64,000 bases of DNA from an uncultured Clostridia bacterium. Its GTDB lineage: Bacteria > Bacillota > Clostridia > UMGS1810. Both the position numbers and the translations under genes were made by a program. This document shows, piece after piece, positions 35,987 to 46,910 of this stretch. Under the pieces are notes generated by a model, which saw only the letters and a list, made by a program, of their open reading frames with translations, did no database searches and was not told where the DNA came from. The first letter of the stretch is position 1. Each line of letters begins with the position of its first letter. The DNA is taken from NCBI GenBank assembly GCA_905210855.1, contig CAJLYL010000001.1, forward strand, positions 1,641 to 65,640, written 5' to 3'.

Positions 35987-36126
35987 GTAAGCATTTTTTT
36001 CTCACTCCCCGTGTCAAATATCAGTCTTTTTTTGTCAACAAAACATCCTGTTCGGGATTGATTTTTTGCATCTGTTGTGATAAAATGTACTTATCTATAT
36101 GTAATTGTAACATCAAAAAATCGGAG

Positions 36127-37311
36127 ATGAACAGCTTGAAAAAAATCATAACGGTAATTCTTGCACTGTGTACGGCTGTCCTTGCCTGTGCCTGCACAAA
36201 TACGGATAAAAATTTTGAAACAAAAAGAGTGTCGGGCGAGCTGCTCAAGGCCGGCGACAGATTCAGCGTGAACGGCGTCGGCGATTTTACCCTCGACAAG
36301 ATTTGCACAACGCAAAAAATGCAGCCGAGCCTGCATTTCGGCACATACCTGGAACCTGTGGGCAAGGGTATGCAGTACATTGACGCGGTGTTTCGCTTTA
36401 AGAGCAAAAAGGCGGATTTGGCGGCAGACGCAGTGGGCACGCTGAGCGCCGTGGGAGCGGTGTCGGGCGTGGAGTACACGGATTCGGTATCCGCCGTGGA
36501 GACCGACGACAACAAAAATCTTTCCGCCACGGAAAAAATCAGCACAAACGAAACGGTTACCTTGCACATGGCGGTGGAGGTGCCCATGGAGGCTGCCGAA
36601 AAATACAGGCTGAAAATTCGCCTGCGCACCGCCACATATGAGGCGGAGTACACGCCGCCGGATATTGACGAGACAATGGAGCGCATCTATGAGGGGCAGA
36701 GCATGAGCAACACCGAGCTTAAGGTCAAGCTCGATAGAATCGGCTATTCGCGCAAGCTGTATGACAATGCGCCCAAAACCTCCGACTGCGCCAAGGACGA
36801 AATTTATCTCGTGGCGGAGATGACTGTTTCCAACAAGGGATTTGAGGACAGAGATTTTCAAAAGCTTGTCAGCGTGTGCGCACTGTACGGAAACGAAAGC
36901 TACGATATGGAATATATGATGAGCGAGGACGGCAGAAAATATGCCGCAAAGGGCGTTGCAAAAGGTCTCGGCGAGACAAAGCTCCTTGCCGCGGTTGCTC
37001 TGCCGCTCGAATACAGCGAAAAGACTGCCGAAATCGTGTTTGCCATAGATTTTGAGGAATTTATGTGCGAGGCGGAGGGTACGGACGAATTTACAAAAGC
37101 CCCGGAACCCCAAGTGACGGAGCAGAAATCTCAGACGACATCTGCCGAAGTAAAGGGCGGCAGCGAAGCAAAAACAACCGAAGGCGGCTCGGGGACGGAG
37201 AGCTCCGCAGGCGATGCGGAGGCGAAGCCCGACGGCGGAGAAACACCGCCGGAAACCGAGCAAAAGGCGCCCAAGACGGCGGACGACGAGATCGAGATAG
37301 TCGCCGACTGA
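36127..37311 (+). CDS. Hypothetical secreted protein or lipoprotein with an acidic, low-complexity C-terminal tail
   Basis: The start was moved to MNSLKKIITVILALCTAVLACAC (signal peptide ending in Cys residues). The C-terminus is rich in E, T, G, K and P. I do not recognise any domain. Confidence 0.65.
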   Translation: MNSLKKIITVILALCTAVLACACTNTDKNFETKRVSGELLKAGDRFSVNGVGDFTLDKICTTQKMQPSLHFGTYLEPVGKGMQYIDAVFRFKSKKADLAADAVGTLSAVGAVSGVEYTDSVSAVETDDNKNLSATEKISTNETVTLHMAVEVPMEAAEKYRLKIRLRTATYEAEYTPPDIDETMERIYEGQSMSNTELKVKLDRIGYSRKLYDNAPKTSDCAKDEIYLVAEMTVSNKGFEDRDFQKLVSVCALYGNESYDMEYMMSEDGRKYAAKGVAKGLGETKLLAAVALPLEYSEKTAEIVFAIDFEEFMCEAEGTDEFTKAPEPQVTEQKSQTTSAEVKGGSEAKTTEGGSGTESSAGDAEAKPDGGETPPETEQKAPKTADDEIEIVAD

Positions 37312-37338
37312 TAAAAAACCGAGGAGAAGTGAAGAAAA

Positions 37339-38040
37339 ATGCTTTTATATCTGATAAGACACGCAGAGCCGATATATAACCCCGACACACTCACGGAAAA
37401 GGGCAGAATGCAGGCGCAGGCACTGGCAAAACGCCTTGCGGTGCATGGGCTGACCGCGGTGTATTCGTCGCCGAGCGGCAGAGCCGTGGAGACCGCAGGG
37501 GCTACCTGCGATATGCTCGGGTTGGGGCTTAACATTGAGGAATGGACGCGCGAGGTTGACGACAGATTTTCACTGACCATGCCGAGCGGCGAAAAGGAAT
37601 TTGCATTCAATGTAACCAATACGCGTTTTTTGAAGGACGGGGGCGCAGCTCTCGGCGACAGCTGGTACAAAGCGCCGATATTCGATACTATCGACGCGAA
37701 AGCCGAGTATGACAAAATATGCGCAAAATCGGACGAATTTCTCTCGCGGCACGGCTATGTGAGAGAGGGCGGAGTGTATCGCATAACCGCGGCAAACAAC
37801 GATCGCGTGGCGGTGTTCTGCCACGGAGGGCTCATCTCGCTGTGGCTGTCGCACTTGCTCAGCGTGCCGCCGCATCTGTTTATGGCAGGCTTCGGCATAA
37901 GTCACACGGGAGTTACGATACTTGATTTTGCAAACAATGATGACGGCATCACGGCGCCGTATTGCCTGTGTCTGTCGGATATATCGCACATATACAAGGC
38001 AAATTTGCCGCTTAAGTTTTCAAATTATATTGATATTTAA
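37339..38040 (+). CDS. Histidine phosphatase (phosphoglycerate-mutase-like) family protein
   Basis: MLLYLIRHAEPIYNPDTLTEKGRMQA (RHG-type motif) and a second catalytic His region (VFCHGGLI). Confidence 0.85.
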   Translation: MLLYLIRHAEPIYNPDTLTEKGRMQAQALAKRLAVHGLTAVYSSPSGRAVETAGATCDMLGLGLNIEEWTREVDDRFSLTMPSGEKEFAFNVTNTRFLKDGGAALGDSWYKAPIFDTIDAKAEYDKICAKSDEFLSRHGYVREGGVYRITAANNDRVAVFCHGGLISLWLSHLLSVPPHLFMAGFGISHTGVTILDFANNDDGITAPYCLCLSDISHIYKANLPLKFSNYIDI

Positions 38041-38065
38041 TAACTTACGAAAGGAATTTTTAATT

Positions 38066-40786
38066 ATGGATTTTAAAAATGTACCCAAGGAATACCGCCC
38101 GATACCTTTTTGGTCGTGGAATGAAAAGCTGGACACGGCGGAAACCGCAGAACAGATTGACAAGATGTGCGCTCAGGGCATAGGAGGATTTTTCATGCAC
38201 GCCCGCGGCGGATTGCAAACCGAGTACATGGGCGGCGAATGGTTCGAGAATGTCGGCGTGTGCGCGGATAAGTGCGAGGAAAACGGAATGCACCCATGGG
38301 CATATGACGAGAACGGCTGGCCCAGCGGATTCGGCGGCGGCATAGTCAACGGAAAAGGGCTTAAATATCAGCAGAAATATCTGCGCTGCTCCGAGGGGGA
38401 GTGCGACGGCGAGCACACCATAGTCAATAAGGACGGCTATCATTTTTATTATGACGTGAATCCGTTTTATGTGGATACGCTCGACGGCGAAGTTATAAAG
38501 TGCTTTATCGACGAGATTTATCAGCCGTACTACGACAAATTCAAGGGCAGGCTTGACGGCTTCTTTACCGACGAGCCGCAGATTTCGCGTAACGGAATTC
38601 CGTGGAGCTTCATTCTGCCCGAGGAGTACAAAAGGGCATACGGCGATGAGCTGACTGACAGACTGATTGAGCTGTTCAAGCCCGTGGGCGACTACAAAAC
38701 TACCAGAGTACGTTTTTGGAAGCTCATCACGAATCTTTTTTCAAAAAACTTTATGAAACAGATTTACGATTGGTGCAATGAGCACGGATTTAAGTTTACG
38801 GGACACTTAGTTATGGAGGAAAGCCTGCCGTCACAGATTGTTACAAACGGCGCGTGTATGCCGCATTATGAATATTTCACCGTACCGGGCATGGATTGGC
38901 TCGGCAGACACAACTGCTATTCGCTCACGCCCTACCAGGTCGGTTCGGTTGCACGGCAGACGGGGAAGGAGCACGTCCTCTCCGAAACTTTCGCCATGTG
39001 CGGACACAATGTAGGACACGATGAGCTCAAGTGGATTTTTGAGTATCAGATGGTGCGCGGCATAAATCTGCTTTGCCAGCACCTCGAGGGTTACTCCAAC
39101 AGGGGCCTGCGTAAGAGGGATTACCCTCCGGCAATGTATATTCAGCAGCCCTGGTGGAATGAATACAGGACATTTAACGACGCCATGAGCCGCATAGGTA
39201 TGCTGCTCGCCGGCGGAGACGACGGTGTGGAGGTGCTGGTTATTCATCCGCAGACCACAGCATGGGTGATGTTTGACAATGCCGATGACTATTGGGAGAG
39301 AATAGATAAACTTAATGAGCGGTTCTGCGATATGCTTAAGACGCTTGAGCGCAAGCACATAAATTTCCACCTTGGTGACGAAACCATGATGGAGCGTCAC
39401 GGCAGCGTGGACGGCAGGTATTTTGTCATAGGAAAGAAAAAGTATTCTAAGGTGATTGTGCCCGAGCATGAGGTGTTCTTTGAAAACACCGAAAAACTGC
39501 TTGGCGAATTTGCGGCAAACGGCGGCAGCATAGTCACGGCGGATTCGCTTGAGGACAACATGATAATCGATGTTCCGCAGATTACGTATTGCGAGAGACA
39601 CTACGAAGATTTTGATATGTACTATTTTGTCAACAGCACCGAGGAGACCTATACCGCTCACATAGCCTGCGGCAACAAGGTCATGGACATCACCACGGGA
39701 GAGCTGAGCGATTTTTACGGTGAACATACTTTCCGCAAATATGAATCTCTCGTTGTGATAGACGACCACAGCGGCGTGACGGCTATGTATGCCGCGCACG
39801 AGGGTGACAAAAAGGCGATAGACCTCGGCGGCGAGTGGAATATCAAGGAGTGCAGCGACAACACAATCACCCTTGATTACTGCGATTATTATTTCGACGG
39901 GGTGCTTGAGGAGAAAAACGGATATATTCTCAACGCCATGTATCGCGCCATAGACCGCATGAAGCCGACACACATCACCTGTGAATACAAGGTGGAGGCA
40001 AAATATCTGCCGAGCCGCCTGTTCCTTGTGTGCGAGACTCCCGAGATAATGGACATCTCCGTCAATGGAGAGAGGATTGACAAAACCGACTGCGGCTACT
40101 TTTCCGACAAGTCTTTCCGCAAGATAGATGTGGCGGACAAATTCGTCCTCGGCAAAAATGTCATTAGGATAGATGTGGATTTCCGTCAGTCGGAACAGGT
40201 TTACAAGAACATTGAAAACGGCAAAAAGTTTGAATCGGAGAAAAACAAGCTTACATTTGACATGGAGATAGAGCAGATTTATCTCGCGGGCGATTTCTCC
40301 GTGGAGTGCGACGGCAGTGTGGAGGAGCTTGACAAAAACGCATACAGATTCAGCGGCAAGTTTGTCATAGCCGAGCCTAAGAAGAAAATCACACTCGACA
40401 AGATATCGCGTCAAGGATTCCCGTTCTTTGCCGGCAGCATAACGGTCGAAAAGGAATTTGACGCGGCTGACGGCGAAGTGATTGATTTTGAAAAATGCGG
40501 CATAAATGTGGTCAAGGCAAAGGTCAACGGAGCCGATGCCGGCAAGTTCATGTGGGAACCCTACCGTGCGGATGTGTCGAAGTTCATGCACGGCGGCAAA
40601 AACACCGTTGAGCTTACACTCATCAACAATCTGCGCAATCTTGAGGGGCCGTTTCACCTTGCGGAAGGCGAGACATATTTTGCAGGACCGGGCAGTTTTT
40701 ACAAGGAAAAATGTATCTGGAGCGACGCAACGCCGTGGAATGACGGCTACTGCTTTGCTGACGTCGGCATAACCGACAGAAAATAA
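38066..40786 (+). CDS. Large cytoplasmic glycoside-hydrolase-like protein (family not assigned)
   Basis: The start was moved to MDFKNVPKEYRPIPFWSWNEKL...GIGGFFMHARGGL. I recall that N-terminal motif from proteins annotated as glycosyl hydrolases. 906 aa with no signal peptide. The function is only a family-level guess. Confidence 0.6.
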   Translation: MDFKNVPKEYRPIPFWSWNEKLDTAETAEQIDKMCAQGIGGFFMHARGGLQTEYMGGEWFENVGVCADKCEENGMHPWAYDENGWPSGFGGGIVNGKGLKYQQKYLRCSEGECDGEHTIVNKDGYHFYYDVNPFYVDTLDGEVIKCFIDEIYQPYYDKFKGRLDGFFTDEPQISRNGIPWSFILPEEYKRAYGDELTDRLIELFKPVGDYKTTRVRFWKLITNLFSKNFMKQIYDWCNEHGFKFTGHLVMEESLPSQIVTNGACMPHYEYFTVPGMDWLGRHNCYSLTPYQVGSVARQTGKEHVLSETFAMCGHNVGHDELKWIFEYQMVRGINLLCQHLEGYSNRGLRKRDYPPAMYIQQPWWNEYRTFNDAMSRIGMLLAGGDDGVEVLVIHPQTTAWVMFDNADDYWERIDKLNERFCDMLKTLERKHINFHLGDETMMERHGSVDGRYFVIGKKKYSKVIVPEHEVFFENTEKLLGEFAANGGSIVTADSLEDNMIIDVPQITYCERHYEDFDMYYFVNSTEETYTAHIACGNKVMDITTGELSDFYGEHTFRKYESLVVIDDHSGVTAMYAAHEGDKKAIDLGGEWNIKECSDNTITLDYCDYYFDGVLEEKNGYILNAMYRAIDRMKPTHITCEYKVEAKYLPSRLFLVCETPEIMDISVNGERIDKTDCGYFSDKSFRKIDVADKFVLGKNVIRIDVDFRQSEQVYKNIENGKKFESEKNKLTFDMEIEQIYLAGDFSVECDGSVEELDKNAYRFSGKFVIAEPKKKITLDKISRQGFPFFAGSITVEKEFDAADGEVIDFEKCGINVVKAKVNGADAGKFMWEPYRADVSKFMHGGKNTVELTLINNLRNLEGPFHLAEGETYFAGPGSFYKEKCIWSDATPWNDGYCFADVGITDRK

Positions 40787-40805
40787 CTGCGGAGTGTGAA
40801 TTGAT

Positions 40806-41942
40806 ATGAAAAAGCTTTTTCTCTCGGTGCTCTTTTGCACCTGTGCCGCGGCGTGTCTTTTCATGGGCGCGTCCGCTCATGGCGACACGGTTCATGTGTA
40901 TGCGGACGGCGAGTATATCGCCGCGTCCGGCAGACTTGTGGCTGACAACACTGTGATACCCCTGCGCGCTTTTTTTGAAAAACTCGGTTTCACCGTGGAG
41001 TGGAGCGGCGCGGACAACTCCGTCCGCGCGCACCGCGGCGGTGACGACATATCCTTGATTATAGGCAGAGCCGACATGACGGTGAACGGCGCGGTCAGGG
41101 CGCTGCCCTGCGCTTCGTTTGAGGACGGCGGCGTGACATATCTGCCCGTGCGAGCGGTCGCGGAGAGCGTCGGTTACAGCGTGGATTGGTATGAGAGCGC
41201 AAGCTCCGCCGTGCTCTACCGCGGCGAGACGGTGAATTATCTGCCTGATACGCCCACACTGCTGCCCGAGCTCGGTGCGGCGGTAGGCACCGGGCATTTT
41301 ACGCGCACCGCAACGGATTCGCTCGACGGCGAGGTTTACTATGTGTACGAAAATGTTCCCGAGCAAAAGGCGCATGAATACGGAGAACTCCTCTGTTCAA
41401 AGCTCGGCTATGAATATGACTCCATGATTTTGGGCGACGATTATTCCAAAACATATTATTATGCATTTGAGAATTTCAAGGTTGGTATAAAGATTGCCGC
41501 GGTTGATTCCGTGCCCTGTGTATATCTTTTTCCGGGTACGGTGCAGACGGACTCGCAGACGGCGGAAAACCCGTCTGACGGCAACGAATCGGAGCAAATG
41601 CCGGACGGAGAATACGGCGGTGAGAATGAGGACAGCGGCGAAAACGGAGAAAACGAAGCCATGTTCTATGAGGGCACGGAGGTGCCGACATACGAATATG
41701 TGTGTGGCTATCTGCTCAAGCGCACCGACGCTCTGCGCGGCGGCGAGACGGTGTATATATATGACGGCGGCATGATAGAAGCGATGGAATACATGAGCTT
41801 TTTGTCATCTGTCGGATATTCAAGCTATAATATAGACATGGGCGGCTTCAGCGTGACCTACACCATGGTGAAGGACGGCAAGTATGTTGTCATCATGACA
41901 TCGATGCTCAACAACGAGGTATATGTTGTGCCGGAAAGGTAG
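40806..41942 (+). CDS. Secreted protein with a copper-amine-oxidase-N-terminal-like domain
   Basis: Signal peptide MKKLFLSVLFCTCAAACLFMGASA. DNTVIPLRAFFEKLGFTVEWS and VTYLPVRAVAESVGYSVDWY repeats. An acidic linker and an unassigned C-terminal domain. Confidence 0.75.
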   Translation: MKKLFLSVLFCTCAAACLFMGASAHGDTVHVYADGEYIAASGRLVADNTVIPLRAFFEKLGFTVEWSGADNSVRAHRGGDDISLIIGRADMTVNGAVRALPCASFEDGGVTYLPVRAVAESVGYSVDWYESASSAVLYRGETVNYLPDTPTLLPELGAAVGTGHFTRTATDSLDGEVYYVYENVPEQKAHEYGELLCSKLGYEYDSMILGDDYSKTYYYAFENFKVGIKIAAVDSVPCVYLFPGTVQTDSQTAENPSDGNESEQMPDGEYGGENEDSGENGENEAMFYEGTEVPTYEYVCGYLLKRTDALRGGETVYIYDGGMIEAMEYMSFLSSVGYSSYNIDMGGFSVTYTMVKDGKYVVIMTSMLNNEVYVVPER

Positions 41943-42563
41943 AAAAAGAGATGTACGGCATGAATTTGTCCGCTTGGGTAAATAAGACTTGGACACAATT
42001 TTAATTTTCATGAAACGCGCAAGAAATCTGTAGACACTGCTGCTTGGCGAATGTATTATTTAGGTATATCTGAATAATATTCCGAGCTCTGAATCTTTGC
42101 TCCTCTCGCACCACCGTACGTGCATATGCAATTCAAAAATATACTGCGTCCACGAGCATAAATTAAATTATTTGGATGCTGATATGCAGTTGACAATTTC
42201 ATTTAATGAGTTGTACCTCTAAAATACTTTTTAACAAATATTTTTATATCTCCGCTATGTTTATTAGTGCAACAATCTGTAACATAGCTAATATAATGAT
42301 ACTCACTATCTTGGTTTATTGGAATATTAAAAATTTTGTCATCGAAGACATCTGTCATCAATTTTCTGATTTCTCCACTATCACAATCTCAAATGTATAT
42401 GTGTACCATACTGCAAAGAAATATTATTAAAATTTCTATTTTCGCAAATTTATAGTCGGTTATAAAAATACAAAATAAATTGAATATTGTGCAAATACTT
42501 TTTTGTCAAACGGGTTTATAATGAGCTTATAAATTAACCTAATGCTTAAAAAGAGCAAAAGCT

Positions 42564-43415
42564 ATGTTTAAAATTAAAAATGTATCTTCTCTTGAGAAGA
42601 TTCTTCCGACAGCGGAGAACAGCGCAGCGGAATTTAACGAGTACAGTTGTCTTTTGAGCGAACGTTTTTCGTATCAGGTTACCTTTATTGGCGATTCGTA
42701 ATGGTATGGAGCGGAACGTGTAAACATCACCGTTAACTCTGATCTCAGCGGCAACATAAAAATCTATGAGGTCGGCTGTGTTCCGACTGTTCAGCTTATA
42801 GACGTTGAGTTCTCGAACGGAGTATATTCATTCGGTTTCGACAAGCTTAAACGCTGGTTCGAAATGTGTAAAAAGAACAAAATAGAGTATATAGAAATCT
42901 CACATCTCTTTTCGCAATGGGGTGCCAATAATACTCCAAAAATTGTGGTAAGAGAAAACGGAAAGAATATTAAAAAATTCGGTTGGCATACCGATTCTCT
43001 TTCCGATGAGTACAAAGATTTTCTCAAGCAGCTCTTGCCTGAACTTACAGCCTTTCTCAAAGATAATTGGGACAGCAAAAAAATATATTTTCATATATCT
43101 GACGAGCCGCAGAGCGGGCAAATAGAAAGATACGGAACGATTTCTAAATTTATAAAGCCGTATCTTAAAGACTTTAATTTAATTGATGCAATCTCGCATT
43201 ACGAAATATACAAAATGGGATATATAGACACTCCTGTTTCAACAATACTGACAATAGATGACTTTATAGAACACGGAGTTAAAAATGTTTGGGCATATTA
43301 CTGCTGCTGTGAGGGAAAATTTAATCTTCCGAACAGATTTATTGCTATGCCGTCATACCGAAACCGTATAATGGGTGAGTTGTTATATAAATATAACATA
43401 AATGGATTCTTGCAT
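42564..43415 (+). pseudogene. DUF4091-type glycosidase-like gene: in-frame stop, probably an internal deletion, and 3' truncation
   Basis: ATG at 42564 and an in-frame TAA at 42699-42701 (codon 46). The later part (FHISDEPQ..., VWAYYCCCEG..., NRFIAMPSYRNRIMG..YKYNINGFLH) matches my memory of DUF4091 proteins. Similarity stops at ~43415, where the IS fragment begins. The total length is about half of what I expect for the family. Confidence 0.65.
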
Positions 43416-43947
43416 CGGAGTCAAAGTTCATTAATGGCATAAGAGTGAGCATTTTAGAGTGAAAAATGGGGGCAAACTTTTTACACCGGTCACTAATAGT
43501 AACGTGAGATACTTTGATATTGTATAGGATTTCAAGCATTGTAGTAATCTTGCGAAAAGATGTACCACCTATGTAGAACAGGGTGAGAGCAGTAATGACT
43601 AAGTGTAAGCTGTGTCTCATACGTTTGAAGTTATCCTTACTGATAATGTTTGACATAGACGGAGGCGACTTCACGATGGACTTAGCTTGAAAGAAAGAAT
43701 GATTGCACTTCTTGTCAGAACAACGGTAATTTGAATAATCATCGTAGTCGTGATGAAGAAAAGCAGACTTGCCGCAGACAGGGCAAGAAGGATATTTGCG
43801 AGGATTCACCTTTTTGGGGGAATCGGGAGCAAATTGATGTTTACAAATAGGGCATTGATATTTTTGATTGTCAAATCTGTCTTTGCCATATTTATAAAGT
43901 TTTTTGGAGTTGCATCTTGGGCAACAATTTGGTATAATTTTATCCAT
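43416..43947 (-). mobile_element. IS6-family transposase fragment (zinc-finger N-terminus + HTH; DDE domain deleted)
   Basis: CPRCNSKKLY...CPICKHQF...CPVCGK zinc ribbons. FKRMRHSLHLVITALTLFYIGGTSFRKITTMLEILYNIKVSHVTISDRCKKFAPIF aligns with the IS26 Tnp26 N-terminus as I remember it. It ends at ...NFDSD, where the first catalytic D (DETY) should be. Confidence 0.65.
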
Positions 43948-44041
43948 GAGATCTTGATCTCCTTTCTCTGATTTTCAGGGAGGTATAGGTTTTAGGGGTA
44001 AAACCATTATACCATAAGGAGTTCAAGGTCTCAACTTTCAT

Positions 44042-44797
44042 TTAACTTAACAAAATGAAATTTACGGCTTTGTCAGCCAAAAATGAACACTCGGTCAAAG
44101 GGAGAAAGGAATTTGCTCTTTTGAGTATTTCAAGAGTTACGGAACTGTCGGAAACATTGGCGCCGGTTGTTAATTCACAAACGGGTAAGCCCGATATACA
44201 GTCGACAAGAATATGATTTTTGTAACCCCAATAAAATTCATACTTCTTTTCGTTATGCTGATTTGAAGCGGTTTGAACACCAAGTCTGCAATCCTTGTCA
44301 GTCTTTGGAGGAGAGGCTTTAGAAAACTTATCCTTTTTAAAGGATTTTGGATTGTTGTTAGAAACATTAGCCTTAACGGGAGTTGCGTCCAAAGCGATAA
44401 AAGATGAATCAATCAAAGATAAACCGGCGGCTTTCAATACCCGCGACTGCATAACGGTTTGAAGCATATCTTTATCAAATTCACGGATAAATCCGGTGAA
44501 TTTTGCATAAGAGGGCAAGTCACGAGATATGTCAAAGCCACAGTAATGGGCAATAATTAAGTTATTTGACAGATAATCGTGTAAGTCGGAAATTTGAGAG
44601 AAACCCTCGCATTTCATAACGATAAAGGCACAAATCATAGAATGATTGCTATAACCGGCACGACCGATTTTGGAATTGTAAGCCGGAATACAGCTTAAAT
44701 CCAAATTGATGAATGGTTCATCGCAAAATTTAGCTTTTGGTTGTGAAGTAAAAAGACTGATGTCTTTTAAAATTTCTTGACGATAGATAAAAACCAC
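44042..44797 (-). mobile_element. IS5/IS1182-like (DDE_Tnp_1) transposase fragment, truncated by the IS6-like element
   Basis: DUF772-like N-terminus (GRAGYSNHSMICAFIVMKCEGF), D1 region FIALDATPVKAN, YWGYKNHILVDCISGLPV. It breaks off in the second-D motif (FLADKA|VNFILLS*) at ~44066, so the E-containing C-terminus is missing. Confidence 0.6.
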
Positions 44798-44976
44798 TCT
44801 CCTTTGTGAGTTTTTGTTGATAACTATATTATACCAAATCAGAGCGGTTTTTTCTATATATTAAATATTAAATTTATAGTGACAAAACGGATTTGCCATA
44901 TCCGTAAAACAGCACGAACTCTGCACTTTTAGAGTTTTGCACGTGGCTATTTATATTGTAATGCGGAGGGATAAAA

Positions 44977-45800
44977 GTGAATAACAAAACAACATTGGTC
45001 GTAATGGCGGGCTGAAACAAATTGACCCGATAGGACCAAACGGAGAAATAATTCTTGATTTTTCTATTTATGACGCGGTTAAGGCGGGGTTTGACAAAGC
45101 TATATTTATCATTCGCCGTGACATCGAAAAGGATTTTCGTGAAATGGCGGGCAAGCGTATAGAAAATATGATTGACACAGAATACGTCTTTCAGGATATG
45201 GATTATCTTCCCGCCGGAAGGACTGTTCCGCAGGGCAGGACAAAGCCGTGGGGCACAGGTCACGCTGTGTACTGTGCAAGGGACAAGGCAGACACCCCTT
45301 TTGCGCTTATAAACGCAGATGATTATTACGGGAGTTCGTCATTTAAGCTTATATGCGACAGCCTGAAAAATTCAGATGAGATGTGTATGGTCGGTTTTAA
45401 GCTCGGTAACACCCTGACCGAGAACGGCACAGTCAGCCGCGGTGTATGCGAAACCGAAAACGGATACCTAAAAAGCATAACGGAACATACCTCCCTCGAC
45501 AGAAACAGCGGAATTCCGCTTGACGCGATTGTATCTATGAATATGTGGGGGCTGACTCCCAAAGTTTTTGAATATGTCGAAAGAGATTTTACAGAATTTT
45601 TGGATAATATGCAAAATCCGCTGAAAAATGAATTTTATATTCCGACCGTTATCGATAATATGATACATAGATACAATTATAAGATAAAGGTTTTAGACTG
45701 CACCGAAAAATGGTACGGAGTGACATATAAAGAGGACAGAGAGACGGTAGCAAAAGCGATGAGAGAGAAAATCGGAAAGGGTTATTACAATGGCATCTGA
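44977..45800 (+). pseudogene. Sugar-1-phosphate nucleotidyltransferase with a frameshifting deletion of the G-x-G-[ST]-R loop
   Basis: GTG at 44977 (GGAGGG RBS) gives VNNKTTLVVMAG then TGA at 45013-45015. The sequence continues in another frame from 45012 as LKQIDPIGPNGEIILDFSIYDAVKAGFDKAIFIIRRD...KPWGTGHAV...INADDYYG. The expected MGSRFGG-type segment between VVMAG and LKQ is absent. Confidence 0.75.
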
Positions 45801-46875
45801 TAAATTTAATTTAAGCGAGATATGTTCAAAATTTGATATAGATACAAATATTCAGCCTTACGGTAACGGCCATATAAACGATACATATTTATGTGAAACG
45901 GCGCCGAGATTTATTCTTCAGCGGATTAACACAAATGTATTTGAAAACCCGGCACAAGTAATGAATAACATCGTCAATGTGACACGGTTTCTTTCAAAAA
46001 AGATTGAGGAAAACGGCGGAAATCCGGCAAGCGAAACGCTTACGGTTATTTTCACGAAGGACGGAAAGAGTTATTATAAGGCGGACGATAAAAACTATTT
46101 CAGAATATATCTGTTTATAGAGAATTCGATAAGTTATGACCTGGTTAAGAGTCCGATACAGCTTTACTACGCAGGGTGTGCATTCGGAAAATTTCAGGCG
46201 ATGCTCAACGGCTTTCCGGCAGACAGTCTTTATGAGACAATCAAAGATTTTCATAATACCCCCGAAAGAGTTAAACAATTGGAGCAGGCAATAGAAAATA
46301 ACTCGGCGGGCAGATTGGAATATGCAAAAAAAGAGATTGAGTTTGCGCGAAAATTCAGCAAGTATGCGTCACGAATAACCGATAAGATGAAAGACGGTTC
46401 GGTTCCGCTTCGCGTCACACACAACGACACCAAGCTTAACAATATCCTGTTTGACAAAGACAATAACGAAAAGTCTTGTGTAATCGACTTAGATACTGTT
46501 ATGCCGGGTTCGGCATTGTTTGACTTCGGCGATGCGCTTCGTTTCGGCGCATCCAGCGGGGCCGAGGACGAAACAGATCTTGATAAGATTTGGTTTGACC
46601 TTGAAAAGTTTGAACAATTCGCCAAAGGCTTTTTGTCACAAACAGCGGATTGCCTGACCGAAACCGAAATTGAACTTTTGGCGCTGTCAGCGCTAATACT
46701 TACCTATGAGTGCGGAATACGATTTCTTGCAGACTATCTAAACGGCGATACATATTTTAAAATTCACAGGGAAAATCATAATCTTGACAGATGTCGGACA
46801 CAGTTTAAATTGGCCGTCGATATAGAGAAAAAGCTTCCTGAAATGACGAAAATCATTCAAAATTTATTGAATTAA
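45790..46875 (+). CDS. N-acetylhexosamine 1-kinase-like phosphotransferase (NahK/LnpB-like)
   Basis: 361 aa. IQPYGNGHINDTYLCETAPRFILQRINTNVFENPAQVMNNI resembles the Bifidobacterium NahK N-terminus as I recall it. Catalytic VTHNDTKLNNILFD and IDLDTVMPG. It overlaps the upstream gene by 11 nt. Confidence 0.75.
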   Translation: MASDKFNLSEICSKFDIDTNIQPYGNGHINDTYLCETAPRFILQRINTNVFENPAQVMNNIVNVTRFLSKKIEENGGNPASETLTVIFTKDGKSYYKADDKNYFRIYLFIENSISYDLVKSPIQLYYAGCAFGKFQAMLNGFPADSLYETIKDFHNTPERVKQLEQAIENNSAGRLEYAKKEIEFARKFSKYASRITDKMKDGSVPLRVTHNDTKLNNILFDKDNNEKSCVIDLDTVMPGSALFDFGDALRFGASSGAEDETDLDKIWFDLEKFEQFAKGFLSQTADCLTETEIELLALSALILTYECGIRFLADYLNGDTYFKIHRENHNLDRCRTQFKLAVDIEKKLPEMTKIIQNLLN

Positions 46876-46910
46876 TCGATTAACACGCTAAAAGATACGG
46901 GAGAAAATAT

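Noticed and set aside
38831-40864. 677-aa stop-free ORF antisense to the glycosidase-like gene
   Set aside because: Its codons are in register with the sense codons (both triplet phases start at position mod 3 = 2), so it only needs the sense gene to avoid TTA, CTA and TCA codons. The GC-richer part of this genome does avoid them. The translation is rich in Arg, His, Val and Cys with no motif or RBS, so it is a shadow ORF.
42010-42560. Small minus-strand ORFs (51 aa MTDVFDDKIF... and 48 aa MKLSTAYQHPNN...), possibly remnants of a regulator
   Set aside because: The resemblance to AraC cupin/HTH pieces is vague and the order of the pieces is wrong for that family. There are no RBSs. I treat the region as AT-rich non-coding or unrecognisable debris.
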